64,000 bases of DNA from Octopus sinensis (GCF_006345805.1 NC_042997.1:53196001-53260000); one strand, 5' to 3'. Counted from the first letter of the stretch, positions 34,897-47,494 are shown. Numbers and translations: made by a program. Notes: generated by a model from the letters alone, not told the origin.

Positions 34897-34934
34897 TATG
34901 TGTGTGTGTGTGTGTGTGTGTGTATGTAAAGGTT

Positions 34935-35300
34935 CTGTGTTGTAATTTTCATGGGATTTCGCTTTTATCTGTGGTTGGAAAGGTACTTGCCTGCATTTTG
35001 TTAGAATGTTTAAATACCTTCATAGTTCCAAATATGGTGTATGAGTCTCAGTGTGGTTTTCACTCCTCCAGGGGTACAGCTGATTGTATCTTTACTATCA
35101 GACAATTTCAAGAAAAGTTCATTGAACAGAATCTTGCCCTATACTATTGCTTTTTTGATTTCAGCAAAGCATTCAATACTGTTAATCAAAATGCTCTGTG
35201 TGCTCGAAATTGGATATGCTATCTATGTGGGTGTCTTTTCAAAACATTGTTTGGTTTAAAAAACCATATCAGATGCTCTGATGGTTCTAAGGTGTAGGTA
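34935..35300 (+). mobile_element. RTE-clade RT fragment (different subfamily)
   Basis: GISLLSVVGKVLACILL...ESQCGFHSSRGTADCIFTIRQFQEK...FFDFSKAFNTV. Confidence 0.85.
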
Positions 35301-36465
35301 CAGGAGGTGGTCAAACTCTGCATAAGGTGTAGACAACCACCAAGTATGTATATGTATCATACCTTTCTAACAATATTCTAATGATTATTCAGAGGAGGAA
35401 GAACAGCAACCATGAAGCTTTCTAGGGTCTTCAAAACAAGTTGTATGAATAGACAAACTCTTTCACAGATTAGAGAGCTGACCTATATGCTTGCAATAGA
35501 GGGGACTCCACTAAGAAAAAACCCAAGGACCTTGAGGTATTGTTACATTGAGGGATAAATATTAAATCTACCACCAAAGTACAGGTACTGACTGCATTTC
35601 CACATAGTTTCTCTCAACCTAATTTCACATATAAGGTTGTTTTGATTGATTCAAAGCTAGAGAAGACACATGCTTAATGTACTTTGCAGTGGGATTGGAC
35701 CTGAAACTGCTTTGTTACAAAGAAAACTTTTTAACCACACAGTCATGCCTAGGTCAGTTTGATCTTGTTTGTTGTCTGATTGCAATGAAAGAATTTAAAA
35801 TGCTTGATTTTGAACCAAAATGTGATTTAAATTTAGAATAAAGGTCTTTACTCTTAAATTCTGCATTGAATTTAAATATCTAAATTTAAATCTTATCAGA
35901 AAATCCAGATTTTTTTACAATTTTGCTGATGAGATCCAACACTTCATCCAACACTTGAAAAATACATCTGAATTTGTTTTGAGAGCTAAAAGATCAGTTG
36001 CAAAGAGCAAATTTATAGCTTAATGTATAAACCATTACCGCAATTTGTTTATAGATATTAGGAACTAAAAGACTGTTTACATGAATATTTTGCTTATAGT
36101 AGACTTTCTAAGAGTTTCTTTAAGTAATTATTGATTTATATAAAAATGATATGAATGATCTGTAACATCAGTGATCTGACAGATTGATTGTATAATGCTT
36201 TTGATCTGATTCTTTTGACATTTTCTTCATTTCAAATCTATTTCTTAAATGTACTTAACAGAAATCAACCCAAGGTTTGCTTGAACTTCTGAAAATAGCA
36301 GCCAAATCTTTTTCAAATCACTCTCTTGCAGCTTAAAAACTAAAGAACTCATTGAAGAATAAAATCTGAGATATATATTTAGAAAGACAGAATGGTCATA
36401 GCTGGAATATAGATCTTCTCTATCATGGTTAACTTGGGATGAAGCAATAACTTAACAGAAATTAA

Positions 36466-36696
36466 GGCGGTGAGATGGCAGAAATGTTAGCACAACGGGC
36501 GAAATGCTTAGCGGTATTTCGTCTGCCGCTATGTTCTGAGTTCAAATTCCACCGAGGTCGACTTTGCCTTTCATCCTTTTGGGGTTGATTAAATAAGTAC
36601 CAGTTACGCATTGGGGTCAATATAATCGACTTAATCCATTTGTCTGTCCTTGTTTGTCCCCGCTGTGTGTAGCCCCTTGTGGACAGTAAAGAAATA
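36466..36696 (+). mobile_element. SINE family B, full length, inserted at the end of a family E tail
   Basis: Head, B box and tail as at 32073; AGAAATTA is repeated on both flanks. Confidence 0.9.
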
Positions 36697-36821
36697 AGAA
36701 ATTATTATTTTTATTGTAAATTTCTTGATATAATCTACATAGCCATCCCTACTTTGAGCAATTACAAAAGTTGCAACATTTCTATAAGTTATGGCAAATT
36801 TAATTTATTTCATCTGCATTG

Positions 36822-37245
36822 GTGCAGGTATAGCCATGTAGTTAAGAAGCTTGCTTTGCATCCATGTTGTTTCCGGTTCAGCCCCACAGCATAGTTCTTT
36901 AGTCAAGTATCTTCAAAAACTGACTAATGCCTTGAGGTGAATTTAGTCAATGGAAACTGTATGGAATCCTATTGTACATATGGATATATATATTGTAGCA
37001 TGCAAGAGAGAAGACTATGTTGGTTTGGACATGTGATGCATATGAACGAGGACAGCTGCATAAAGAAGTGCTGATCACTGAAAGTTGAAGGTACCCACGG
37101 AAGAGGGAGACCAAGGAAGATATGGGATGAAGTGATAAGGACTGATCTCAGGATACTGGGCCTCACAGAGGAAAAGACAATGGGCTGACATGTCTGGTGA
37201 TATGAAGTTCTTGAGAAAACCTGCCCACAACAGTGAAACTGAGTT
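36822..37245 (+). mobile_element. SINE head/body (36822-36975) followed by an RTE ORF C-terminus (37000-37245)
   Basis: MQERRLCWFGHVMHMNEDSCIKKC..LKVEGTHGRGRPRKIWDEVIRTDL. Confidence 0.8.
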
Positions 37246-37931
37246 CTAGAAGTGCTGTGTGTCCCACCCACACTTAACAAGAAAATTTCTCACACACTCT
37301 GCCACAACAAACCAAGCTACATCTTTTCTCTTCCTCACATTTTCACTTCATGCACTAGGCTTACCTTCCACTCCCCAATCCTTTCCTCTTGGCTCTGTAC
37401 CTCTGTATCATTGCTCTCTGCTAGCTTCTGATCTGTGTGCTCCACCCACGCCCTGTCTCACTGCATCATTGCATATGCCTGGCACTTTGCCACCTGCTGT
37501 TTGCCTCTTTCTCTCTCTGTCTCTCTTCTGTATTTTATTTTTTATTCTACTTTTTTATTTAAACAAGAATATATTTGTTAAGATATTCCGTATTTCACAA
37601 GATTATTTACGTATATTTATTAATTTATCTAATTAATTATTTTATTGTTTTTATCTTTAACCTGAAGAGTGGCTATATTTATATTGAAGTGATTTTACTA
37701 TTATTATTACTATTATCATTTCTTAAATATAGCCATGAAACATGTGTCATTATTCTACCAAATATATACGTTTTATTTACTATTTTGCACATTACTTAAT
37801 CATTGTTATATTTTTATCTTATATTTAATCATTCAATAATATGTAAATTTTTTAAATGGTATAATTTAATTTTTCATTAATGAATTGATAAAAAGTGGTT
37901 TTTGTTTCTAATTTATATATATATATATATA

Positions 37932-38120
37932 TGCTGGTGGCACATAAAAGCACCAATTGCACTCTTGGAGTGGTTGGCATTAGGAAGGACATCCAGCCAT
38001 AGAAACCATACCAAATCAGACTGGAGTCTGGTGCAGTCCCTCAGCTTACCAGCCCTGGTCACACCATCCAACCCATGACATCATGGATAACGGGATGTTT
38101 AATGATAATGATGATGATTA
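37932..38120 (+). mobile_element. RTE 3' tail
   Basis: ggtggcacataaaagcacc...ggaaggacatccagc...(GAT)n. Confidence 0.8.
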
Positions 38121-38289
38121 TGTGTGTGTGTGTGTGTGTGTGTGTGTACAGATAAGATAAAGCATAAATAATGGTCAATACCCATTCCTTTATTGTTGTA
38201 AATTTGACTTACAGCTGTTACCAGTAGGTCATTATAGGTTTGTTATTGATTGGTTTACTCAATTGGTTCATTGACTGGCTGAAAAAAAT

Positions 38290-39400
38290 TGAATGACAGA
38301 GAATTAATGCTTACCCCCATCAGAATCATTGTGTTCTTGTGACAACCAAGCAGAATAATGATAAAAAATAATACTGGCAAGAGAAGGGCAGCAAAGAGGG
38401 GCAATAAGTATAAAGTGAGTGGAAGATAGATAACGAGAAAAGGGGAAGAAAAGTGATGCACTAGAAAAGAACTAAAGGGAAAAGAAGGAAAGAAAAGAAG
38501 GAGGGAAAAGAAGAGAAAGGATAGAGGACAGGAGGAATGAGATGGACGAATGAAGAATGGAAAATGTAAGGGGATGGCCAGAAATGAAAGAGGGGACAGT
38601 GAAAAAAATATAAGTGGCTTTGATGCATGTAATTGGGTCAAAATATTTGCATTGTCTTCAGGTTAAACACTATCCAGATAGTGTACTGAAATTTGATATA
38701 GGCACTCACACTCGTGGTAAACTTAGATCTTTAACATGGGGGTCATTACTACCATCTCACATTGGGAATAAAGTGTATTAGAGAAAATGAATGACAAATA
38801 GAATATAAAAATCAGCAATAACAATATTATGATGGGAAGGTGGAGAAATCATCAGCAAGAGTGGATAGTAGATAGAGAAAAAATATTTGATAAAAAAAAA
38901 AAATCAAATAACATTTTTAGAATAATCAAATAAAATTAAGAAACCAAATAAAGTTTTAAAAATAAAAAAAAATTAAATATAAAAAAATTCTTAAAAATAA
39001 AAAAAATATATATAATAAATTAGATAACTTGCATTTATCCTTTAGGTATCATACCCATCTTGACCATTGTCTCTCACTATAGGATTAAAGTTATTTAGGG
39101 AACCAGCTGAAGGATTTATTGTAGAAATACTTGCAGTGTACCACTAATTCCTGTCTACAGCTAATTTGGTTACACTCTGATGTAAGTATTTGGAATGACT
39201 CCTCTAGGCAAAATTTGCATCTTGTTCGTCCTATTTCTTATGGCTATCCTCTACTTAGAATCAACCATTCTAATTCATATTTAGTTTTGTTGTCCCAAAG
39301 TTGCCATATTAGCTTGCTAAGTAATGTTGAGTTTTCTTTAGTTTTGTGTTTAAATGAAGCTTGAAGGTTGTTGTGCAACAACCTGTGCAAGTGTAAGTTT
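38290..39400 (-). mobile_element. Penelope-like element 3' end (endonuclease C-terminus plus pLTR-like region)
   Basis: 39376-39170 translates HNNLQASFKHKTKENSTLLSKLIWQLWDNKTKYELEWLILSRG*P*EIGRTRCKFCLEESFQIL, matching the PLE C-terminal pattern (SF.H...ST.LS..IW.L...W.IL...C.LCL.E); CTGAAGA lies downstream at 38661-38655. Confidence 0.65.
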
Positions 39401-39629
39401 TGTTATGGGTTACTACTGTGCATATGTAGACTATGTTCTTCTCAAGACATAATTTATTTAAAAGACATTCTCTTCCTCCTCTACAGTTACAACTGACCTT
39501 GTCATTCCTATTGCTATCACTTGTGCAATTATTATTCTAACTATTACCAATATTATCATTATTATGAGTGAAAGAATATTCTAGCAATTTATCTGCTGCA
39601 TCAATTAGACTTAGGTATTGATAGAAGAT

Positions 39630-40470
39630 GATTGAGAGAATGGTGCACAAAAGAAACTGAGTTTATCAATATGTCAGACAAGAGGAGGTGCAGATCAGTT
39701 CGTGGAGGTAGAGGACCAGCATATAGAGCTCTAGAGATTGAACTCTTACAGTGGATTGTTGTTCAGCGTGCAAACAATTTAATTGTAAATTATCACTGTT
39801 TATGGGAATATGCTTTTGAATTGGTAAAAAGGTTTGGAATTGAAATGAACAGCTTTAGATGTTCTGATAAATGGATTTTCAATTTCATGAAACAGAATAA
39901 ACTGACTCTGAGAAAGATTACACATGTTGGTCAAGCAGACAATAAAACACTTGAAGAAAAGGCACAAATCACTAGTGACTATCTAGATAGCATTCCAGTA
40001 TTAACAGCAGATAAGGATGCTGACCAGATTTATAATATGGATGAAACACCTGTATACGTTGACTTTGTTGGCAATAAAAATGTAGATGCTAGCCACTGTG
40101 GTGCTATCAAAGCTTGTTTTACTGCTGTATTGTGTGTTAATGCTGCAGGAAAGGTGTTGAAAACAATGATTATCCTTAAAGGATTGAAAAATATGCCTAA
40201 AATAAGGTCCCAAAGAATATTTACTTAACAGTCTCTCCAACAGGGGATCAATCAAATATCAACTCATGCAGCTGTGGGCTGACAAAGTGTTTGGGCAGAG
40301 AACAACACAACTATTCCATGCCTAAAATTCAGTGATATTCATGGATGAATGTTCAGTGCACAAGAAAACAGATCCTAGAAGTGTTCAAGCACAGGAATAC
40401 AATTCTCAAATTTCTACCTCCTAAAACAACATCTTACTTGTAGCTGTTAGACATATCAATTATTGGTCAT
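39630..40470 (+). mobile_element. pogo/Tigger-like transposase pseudogene (CENP-B HTH plus DDE)
   Basis: LEIELLQWIVVQR...FRCSDKWIFNFMK, IYNMDETP, FTAVLCVNAAG, IFMDECSVH, FLPPKTTSYL*LLD. Confidence 0.9.
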
Positions 40471-41051
40471 TTCCCAGATGGCCAAAAATATTGATACTGA
40501 TTGACATTCTGGGAGACCTGCAACCAGCAGAACTGAGGAAAACATTGCAGATGTGCAAGCAGCTGTGAGGGGAAATCATCGAATCACCATCCATAAGTTA
40601 GTTATCAGAGGATGTGCAGATTAGTTACAGTCCAGTTCAGTCTATTATCACTGAAAATTTGAGTATGAGATGCACGTCTGCCAAATTTGTGCCAAAACTG
40701 CTTTCAGACCAAAAAGATACTTGGGTTTCAGTTGCACAAGATCTCTTTGATTGTGTCAAGAGCGATGAAAACTTTTTGAAAACTTAGCTTATGCCTCTGA
40801 TCAGGTATCTCAAAGCTTTTGGTAAAATTTGATGCAGATTCTCTGCTCAATTTTGTCATGGTCAATGCAACAATCACATGTTACACACCTTCCTTCCAAG
40901 CACTGCTGCAAAACAGTGGAAGTGAGCTAGAATGTTAAAACTTAGTGCACATGCACAGTAGAGTTCAAGGTCAATCTGTGTCAAGTGGTTTCACTCTGCG
41001 TTTTAGCTTCGTTACTATGGCAACAGTCCGGTTACTTATTGATCAGATCAT
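40470..41051 (+). mobile_element. mariner (irritans/Hsmar2-like) fragment with right TIR
   Basis: SGRPATSRTEENIADV...SAKFVPKLL; ends CCGGTTACTTATTGATCAGATCA-TA. Confidence 0.8.
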
Positions 41052-41696
41052 ATAAACACAAGTACTTCTATGCACCACAAGTCCACATGAGAAGTTCTAT
41101 CTTAGTAAATAACACAGTATTTTATGTTCTTACACCATATCTGCTTCTAAGTGGATATAAATATTACCTTTTGGTATTAATATTACTTCTGTCACTATTA
41201 ATTATTACTTAAAAATATTTCTTGTTCTATCTTTTTAATCTCAGTTAGTAACATATCTGTTATAATTACTTATCATAGTGAAATGATTATAGCAATTTAA
41301 TTTGAAGTCATCATTTGTCTAGCTGAAGCACATTATTTGGTTCGTTGCCACTTCTAAAATATTTCAAAAATATCCTTTCCCTTGTTACTCTAATTTTCAA
41401 ATATTCATGAATTTAAAACTTATTACACGATATCAAGATATTTTTCTTTTCTTTTGCTTTATTGCTGCTTCAAAATTCAACTCATGTCAGTATTTTATAC
41501 TTGTTGATGTTGTTGAATTATAAATGGTTGATTATGCTGAAAAGTTAAAATATGGAACAAATTTTATAAATTATTCTCTTCATTTAAAGATATGTAAAAA
41601 AACAAAAATAGCAGCAAAACAAATCTAGAGTGTAGATTCTCCATGCTATGCTAATATAAAAAGGTAAATAGGAAACTTACATCTACATGTATATAT

Positions 41697-41850
41697 ACTG
41701 GCATGGCTCTGTGGTTAAGAATTTCACTTCGCAATTATATGGTTTAGTCCCACTGTATGACACTTTGGGCATGTGGCTTCTTCTATAGTCATGGACCAAC
41801 GAAAGCCATTTAAGTGAATATAGTTGATGGGAATTGAAAAATGGCTTATC
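41697..41850 (+). mobile_element. Degenerate SINE head/body
   Basis: ggcatggctctgtggttaagaa...gtcccactg..actttgggcatgt. Confidence 0.6.
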
Positions 41851-42017
41851 TCATATATATCTTTTTGTGTTGAGTAATAATAAAAACAATTTTACATAAA
41901 ACTGAAAGATTACTCAATACTTTTTGTAGAGTACATTTATTATTCTGTTACAAGAATAGAGTTGACAGTGACTTTGAAGAGTTGACCTACTATCCATGTT
42001 TATGTATATATATGTAT

Positions 42018-42165
42018 GTTGGCATTAGGAAGGGCATTCAGCTATATAAACCATGCCAAAACAGACAATTGGAGTCTGGACAGCTGCCTAGTTGGCCAGC
42101 TCCTGTCAAACCATCCGGCTATCCCATGCCAGTATGGAAAACAGATGCTAAATGATGACGATGAT
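42018..42165 (+). mobile_element. RTE 3' tail
   Basis: gttggcattaggaagggcattcagc...ggaaaacagatgctaaatgatgacgatg. Confidence 0.75.
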
Positions 42166-42492
42166 AAAATGTTTATGGTGGTATAATGAATGAATGGCTT
42201 AGATAAAAACATTGTAGAAGTCAAATATCATTATCATACGTAATGTTTAAGTACATGCAATTAATTATTTTCACTGTCTATAAAAGATGCAGATTTAGGT
42301 ATGTGGTTAAGAAGTTTGTGTGTTAAGAAGTGTGTGGTTAAAAAGTTGTGGTTAAGAAGTTTCCAGCCATGGAGTTTCAGGTTCAGTCCCACTGTGTAGC
42401 TCCTTGGGCAAGTGTTTTCTGCTATAGGTTCAGGCTCACCAGAGCCTTGTGAGTAGATTTAATAGATAGAAGAAAGAAACTTATCATATATA

Positions 42493-42850
42493 TGAGGGGA
42501 TACCAAAAAGAAACTGGAATTTTGCAATATTATTTTATTCACCTGATTTTACATGTTTACACTTTTATCGCCTTCAAAGTATTCTCCATTTTAAGCAATG
42601 CATCAGTCCAGACATGTTTTCCACTGTTTGGAAACAATGCTGGAAATCTTTTTATTCACCTCTTCCACATCTGAAAATGCCATAGCACCAGCTTTCATCA
42701 CCAGTGATGACCTTTGAAAACGGTCTGGATCAACTTCCAACTGTTCTTTCAGTTCACAACATGCATTCAGTCGTGACTGCTTTTGATCTTCCGTTAGCAA
42801 GCGAGGCACAAATTTTGCTACAACTCTTTTCATTCACAATTCCTTGGCAA
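42493..42850 (-). mobile_element. Internally deleted mariner fragment, preceded by a SINE head at 42295-42490 (+)
   Basis: MKRVVAKFVPRLLTEDQK; frameshifted GDESW-equivalent; C-terminal CIA*NGEYFEGD; TIR TA-TGAGGGGATACCAAAAAG. Confidence 0.8.
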
Positions 42851-43344
42851 GGTAATAGAATTTAGTTATAGTGAAGAGAAATCAATTGTTTTTTATATTG
42901 TCAAATAGAAGAAATTAATATTTCACTGCAGTTAAAAATAAAAATGAATCTTTGAAATAAATCTTTTTATGATAGTTTAACAAATAGCTGGAATTGTTGA
43001 TTTCTAATTTTGGTATAATGCTATAAATATTTTTGGGGAAAGATATTGGCTATTTGATTTACACAAGTATTTGACTGTAACTTTACTTTATTTGTACAGG
43101 GCTAATGAAAATAGCTTAAAGGACAGATCTAATCTTTCATGCCCTGCAATTATTGATTATTTTTATCTTGATAGAAAACTGGCCACTACTATCACCACCA
43201 CTGCCATCACCACCACTACCACCACCACCATCAAATGTACCAGCAGCAGTGTTGCTGCAGTCATGACTACCACTGTTGCCACCGCTGCTGCCAGTACCAC
43301 CACCTCCTCAACCACCAAGTGTTGTAAAAAATAAATATCTCAAA

Positions 43345-45087
43345 GGGGGAGGTGTTGTGGTGGGCACCCCCAGGTGAGAAGTGGGCTGGTCCCCTACTAA
43401 TAAATAGTGGACTGACACAGTCAGTAAGGTCAGTCAGCAGAGGTATTTTTGTTGGTTTTAAATCATTTTTGACTCCAGTTGACATAAGTCATGTTATACT
43501 TAGTTGTATCTTTGTTGAAGGTTCTCCCCATGCGGGTGAACCATGTTTTGTTGAATTTGTTAAATACTGTTGCTCTTTTTGCCAGCGGGCCTGTTAAATT
43601 TTGTATTTGTCTTCTCCCCCATTTTGGGGCAAAGTAATTGAAAAAAGGAAAAAATGGAATGTAAACCAGTTCCAGCACATGTCAGAAGTTATGCTTCAGC
43701 AGCTGGGAAAGGTGCAGATTCGCTAGAAATGCGAGAAATTAAAATTAAACAGAAGAAGCTGAAGGAACACTACAAGCTGATTCAGAAGGAGGGATCCAGT
43801 TTAAAGCTGACTCCTCCACAAGAGGTGACAACCAATACCAAGAAAAGAACAGTGGTGTACAGAACTCTATCGACAACCCCAAAGAAAATAGAGATAACTA
43901 TGGAAGAAGCAATTGAAGAATGTCTGAAAGAAATTAAGCACCTGACAACATTCTATACAAGAGGCAGTGGAGGTGAGATTTTCCAACGAACAGGAAGCAA
44001 TAAATCACTCTATTGTGATGCCGAAGACGGAAAAATGGGTACTCCTACCTACCTGTGGCAAAAGGGTTGCCAGAGTGAAAATAGGTGGAGTACCACCAGA
44101 AATCAAAGAAGCATGGCTGGTAGCAGCTGTAATGCACAAAACTGAGGAAGACACCAAAATTCTAAAGGTAACAAAGACAAAGAATATAATTTGGGGGCGG
44201 GGATACAGACTAGAAATGGTCATCCAGGTCGGACAACAAGATCTAAATGAAATTGCTGAAGAAATAATACTACTGAAGGACATAAAGTTGAGAGTGGTGG
44301 TAGAAAGAAGGCAACCAACTTGCTGCCAAAGTGTTGGACCTAGAAACTGAAAAATGCACGAAAGTGGAAGAACCATTTACAGAGGTAACCGAAAGAAAAA
44401 GAAAAGAACTAGTGAATTCACCTCCGAAGAGTCCAAGAAAGAAAAAGGTGGATGAAATAGAATGTACACATTTTTCACTACATGAACCTCCAACAGCACC
44501 AACAATGCAGGAAAAAGAAAAGGAAACCATCACAGACAACCAAATTCCACCACAGGAACGAACAGTCATAAGACCTGGAAAAAATAAATGGCATATGGTA
44601 ACATATACAAAAAACAGATATAGAAAGGAAAATCACCAAATTTAAGTTGGTGATAAGAGTTAAATTACCAATGGAACATTACCCAGAAAGTACAAAAGCT
44701 ATAGTAATAGACAAAGCGAGATATGAAAAATTAAAGAAATGGGAGTGAGGGTAGAGTTTGATGACCTACCACCAGTTATAGATTACAACGACTTGTTGCC
44801 ATAGATAAAATGGTAAAGTGTGAATAAGCTTTAAAATTTTTTTAAAGACTACACATACAATACTAAAAGGAAAAAAGGGGGGAAAAAAGAAGGGAAAATG
44901 ATATAAAAACTTTAAACAGTTAAATGGTACTGCTTGAGAGTGGGGTTCAAGCAGCCATTACATCCTCATTTAATTATTATCCATCTCTCATTCATTTGTT
45001 TTATGTCTTTTTTCCCCACTGTGGTGTTGTGTCTGTCCCTGTGCTGTCCCCCTCTGTATCATGGCCTATGAGCCAAATAAAGAAATA
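43345..45087 (+). mobile_element. ORF1/gag-like-only non-LTR retroelement (no endonuclease or RT)
   Basis: About 300 bp of 5' UTR, then a frameshifted ORF at 43654-~44801 (RSYASAA; RVARVKIGGVPPEIKEAW; LRVVVERRQPTC; basic low-complexity C-terminus), then a 3' UTR ending AATAAAGAAATA like SINE family B. Confidence 0.6.
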
Positions 45088-45383
45088 CTGTCAGTGAGGT
45101 ATGCTGTTTGGGTGAGGTATGCTGTTCTGGTAGAACAAGACTGATTTCAGGCCTCTACCCTGGAAGTGGGGGTACTTCTCAAAATTCAAGAAGACTGTGA
45201 AGTTGAATTTTTTTTCTGTTTTTCAAAAGAAGGATTCATCAAATATTTACAAGTTCTTCCTTGGCTCTCTGCACCCCAGACTGGCAGAACCACTTCATAT
45301 AGGCCCTGGGTTTATGGTTCGCCAGTTGTGTAAAGTTAACTAAAGCATAGCATAAGTAATCTTTGAGGGTAGATGGGCTTTAA

Positions 45384-45604
45384 CCCTTTAGCATTTAAAC
45401 CAGCCATATCCGGCCATAAGTATTCTGCCTGTTTTATGTTCAAAATGGCCAGATCTGGTATCTCACACCAGCCCTACAATATCATTTAAAAAATTAACAG
45501 CTACTTCATCAAAATCTCAAAGCTACAAGATAATGCCTGATTAGTTCAAGGCAATGTGGATGAAAAAACCTTAATTTTGGTAGAATAATGTGAACAGTAA
45601 AGGG
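45384..45604. mobile_element. piggyBac-type MITE, 221 bp
   Basis: TTAA-CCCTTTAGCATT...TAAAGGG-TTAA; homologous to 21145-21364. Confidence 0.85.
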
Positions 45605-46308
45605 TTAAAGATATCAATTTATGTTTGCAGGATAGATGACTGTTCTTGTATGGATATATGATGTGAACTAATCTAGAGTACTGAATATGGAATGGCTTTG
45701 TGCAAACAGTAGAATTAGCAGAAGGCCAAGAAAAATATGTAAAGATATTGGTAATGTCATATTTCAGCATGTTGGGCCTCACAAATATCATATATAAATA
45801 TTTATAAGCTAATACAAGGTTGAGAGGAGTGGCAATATACTATATCCTCTTAACATTGGAAAACATATTAAAACAACAACAACAACAACGAAAATGACAA
45901 TCATAACAACTATGATGGCAATAATGCCAACTATGATAATGTTGATATTAATGATGAACAAAACCATCTCCAGAATGTAATGTTTTCACCAATAGCTATT
46001 TGAAAATTTTAGTTTATTTTAGCTGTCAAAAGTAAATTAAAAACATTTCTCTTCACACTCTAGAACATAATTTTCTAAGACTAAGATTAGTTTGTATATC
46101 AAGCTGATGCCATTTGATCCGATCCCAATCTTAGACTGATATTATTATGACTATGATGATCATCATGATTGCCATCATCATTATCATCAATAATAATAAC
46201 AACAATAACCTTTAGTAACTTATATGTTTTTGTTGCTGTTAGTGAACTGTGTACCTGCCAGGTGTAATCCATAGCACAGATATTATCACTCCTTCCTCTC
46301 TCTCTTGC

Positions 46309-46310
46309 AC

Positions 46311-46375
<65 letters not shown>

Positions 46376-46378
46376 GTC

Positions 46379-46456
<78 letters not shown>
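46309..46456. repeat. (TCTG)n/(TC)n microsatellite
   Basis: Directly visible. Confidence 0.95.
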
Positions 46457-46457
<1 letters not shown>

Positions 46458-46560
46458 TTTTGATCCTCTTCCCTAGTGAATTCTTAGATTTATTACATTT
46501 CAAACAAATTTCTTCTTGAAGTAAATTTGCATACCAGTTGTTTTAACAACCAGAAGAGAA

Positions 46561-46688
46561 AATACATACATACATACATACATACATACATACATACACA
46601 CATACATACATACATACATACATACATACATACATACATACATACATACATACATACATACATACATACATACGTACGTACATACATA
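46561..46688. repeat. (TACA)n microsatellite
   Basis: Directly visible. Confidence 0.95.
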
Positions 46689-47494
46689 CAAAAATGGAAT
46701 ATCTATTTTGAAATAAGTGCCTGAACTTTAGATACTTGTTGGTAAAGTACATTTTTTTCTTCAAACTGCGTAGAATTCTAAAGAACATCTAGAATGTTAC
46801 TCATTGTGGTGAGGTTGAGTACAAATTGAGGTTTTTCCATGATAAATAATCTCAGCTGGTGTAATGTTGACAAGTGGTTCAGTGTAAGCTGGCTGCTAAC
46901 CTCAATGTAATTTTATCAGTATTACTATTGATAAATATTTTTAGGTTTGTTGCTTACAGAACAAGTGAAGCTTTCTTTTCAGGTAGAAACTTGCCTAGAA
47001 TTCTTTGGGAAACCAAAATACAACAACTAGCAGAATGGCAACAAGTGATACACAAAACATTACATTTGCTCTGGTCAGAAAATGTCATATAGAAGAAGAT
47101 GAAGAAAAAATAAAAAGAAAAGAAAATGAAGAAGAGGAAGAAAAAAAAACAAAAAAGCTGTTATTATAAGCTACATACAGCTACCCCTTAACATATACGC
47201 ACATACATGTAGATAGATACTAACCATCAAGAGAATGAAAGATAACAGGCAAGTTGTAGAATAATAGTTTACAGTAAAAATTTTTTTTGTTTTGTAGATT
47301 TGAATCATAATGCAATTGTTCTGCTAATCTTATATTTAAGATCTTCTGCACTGAGAAATATTTCTGATCAAATAAAACCTCACAGACAATATCTGTTAAC
47401 ATATAAGATCTATCCAATTATTTCTCTCCCTTTCTCTTTCTGTCATCTTACCTTTTTATAGATATTTACCCAATATATAACTCTGAGCACCTTT

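Noticed and set aside
39632-40228. Domesticated CENP-B/TIGD-like host gene
   Set aside because: The frame breaks before the second catalytic Asp, has in-frame stops downstream, and is truncated by a mariner fragment.
43185-43320. Thr/Ala-rich mucin-like ORF (43071-43334)
   Set aside because: A degenerate (ACC)n/(GCT)n trinucleotide repeat without splice context.
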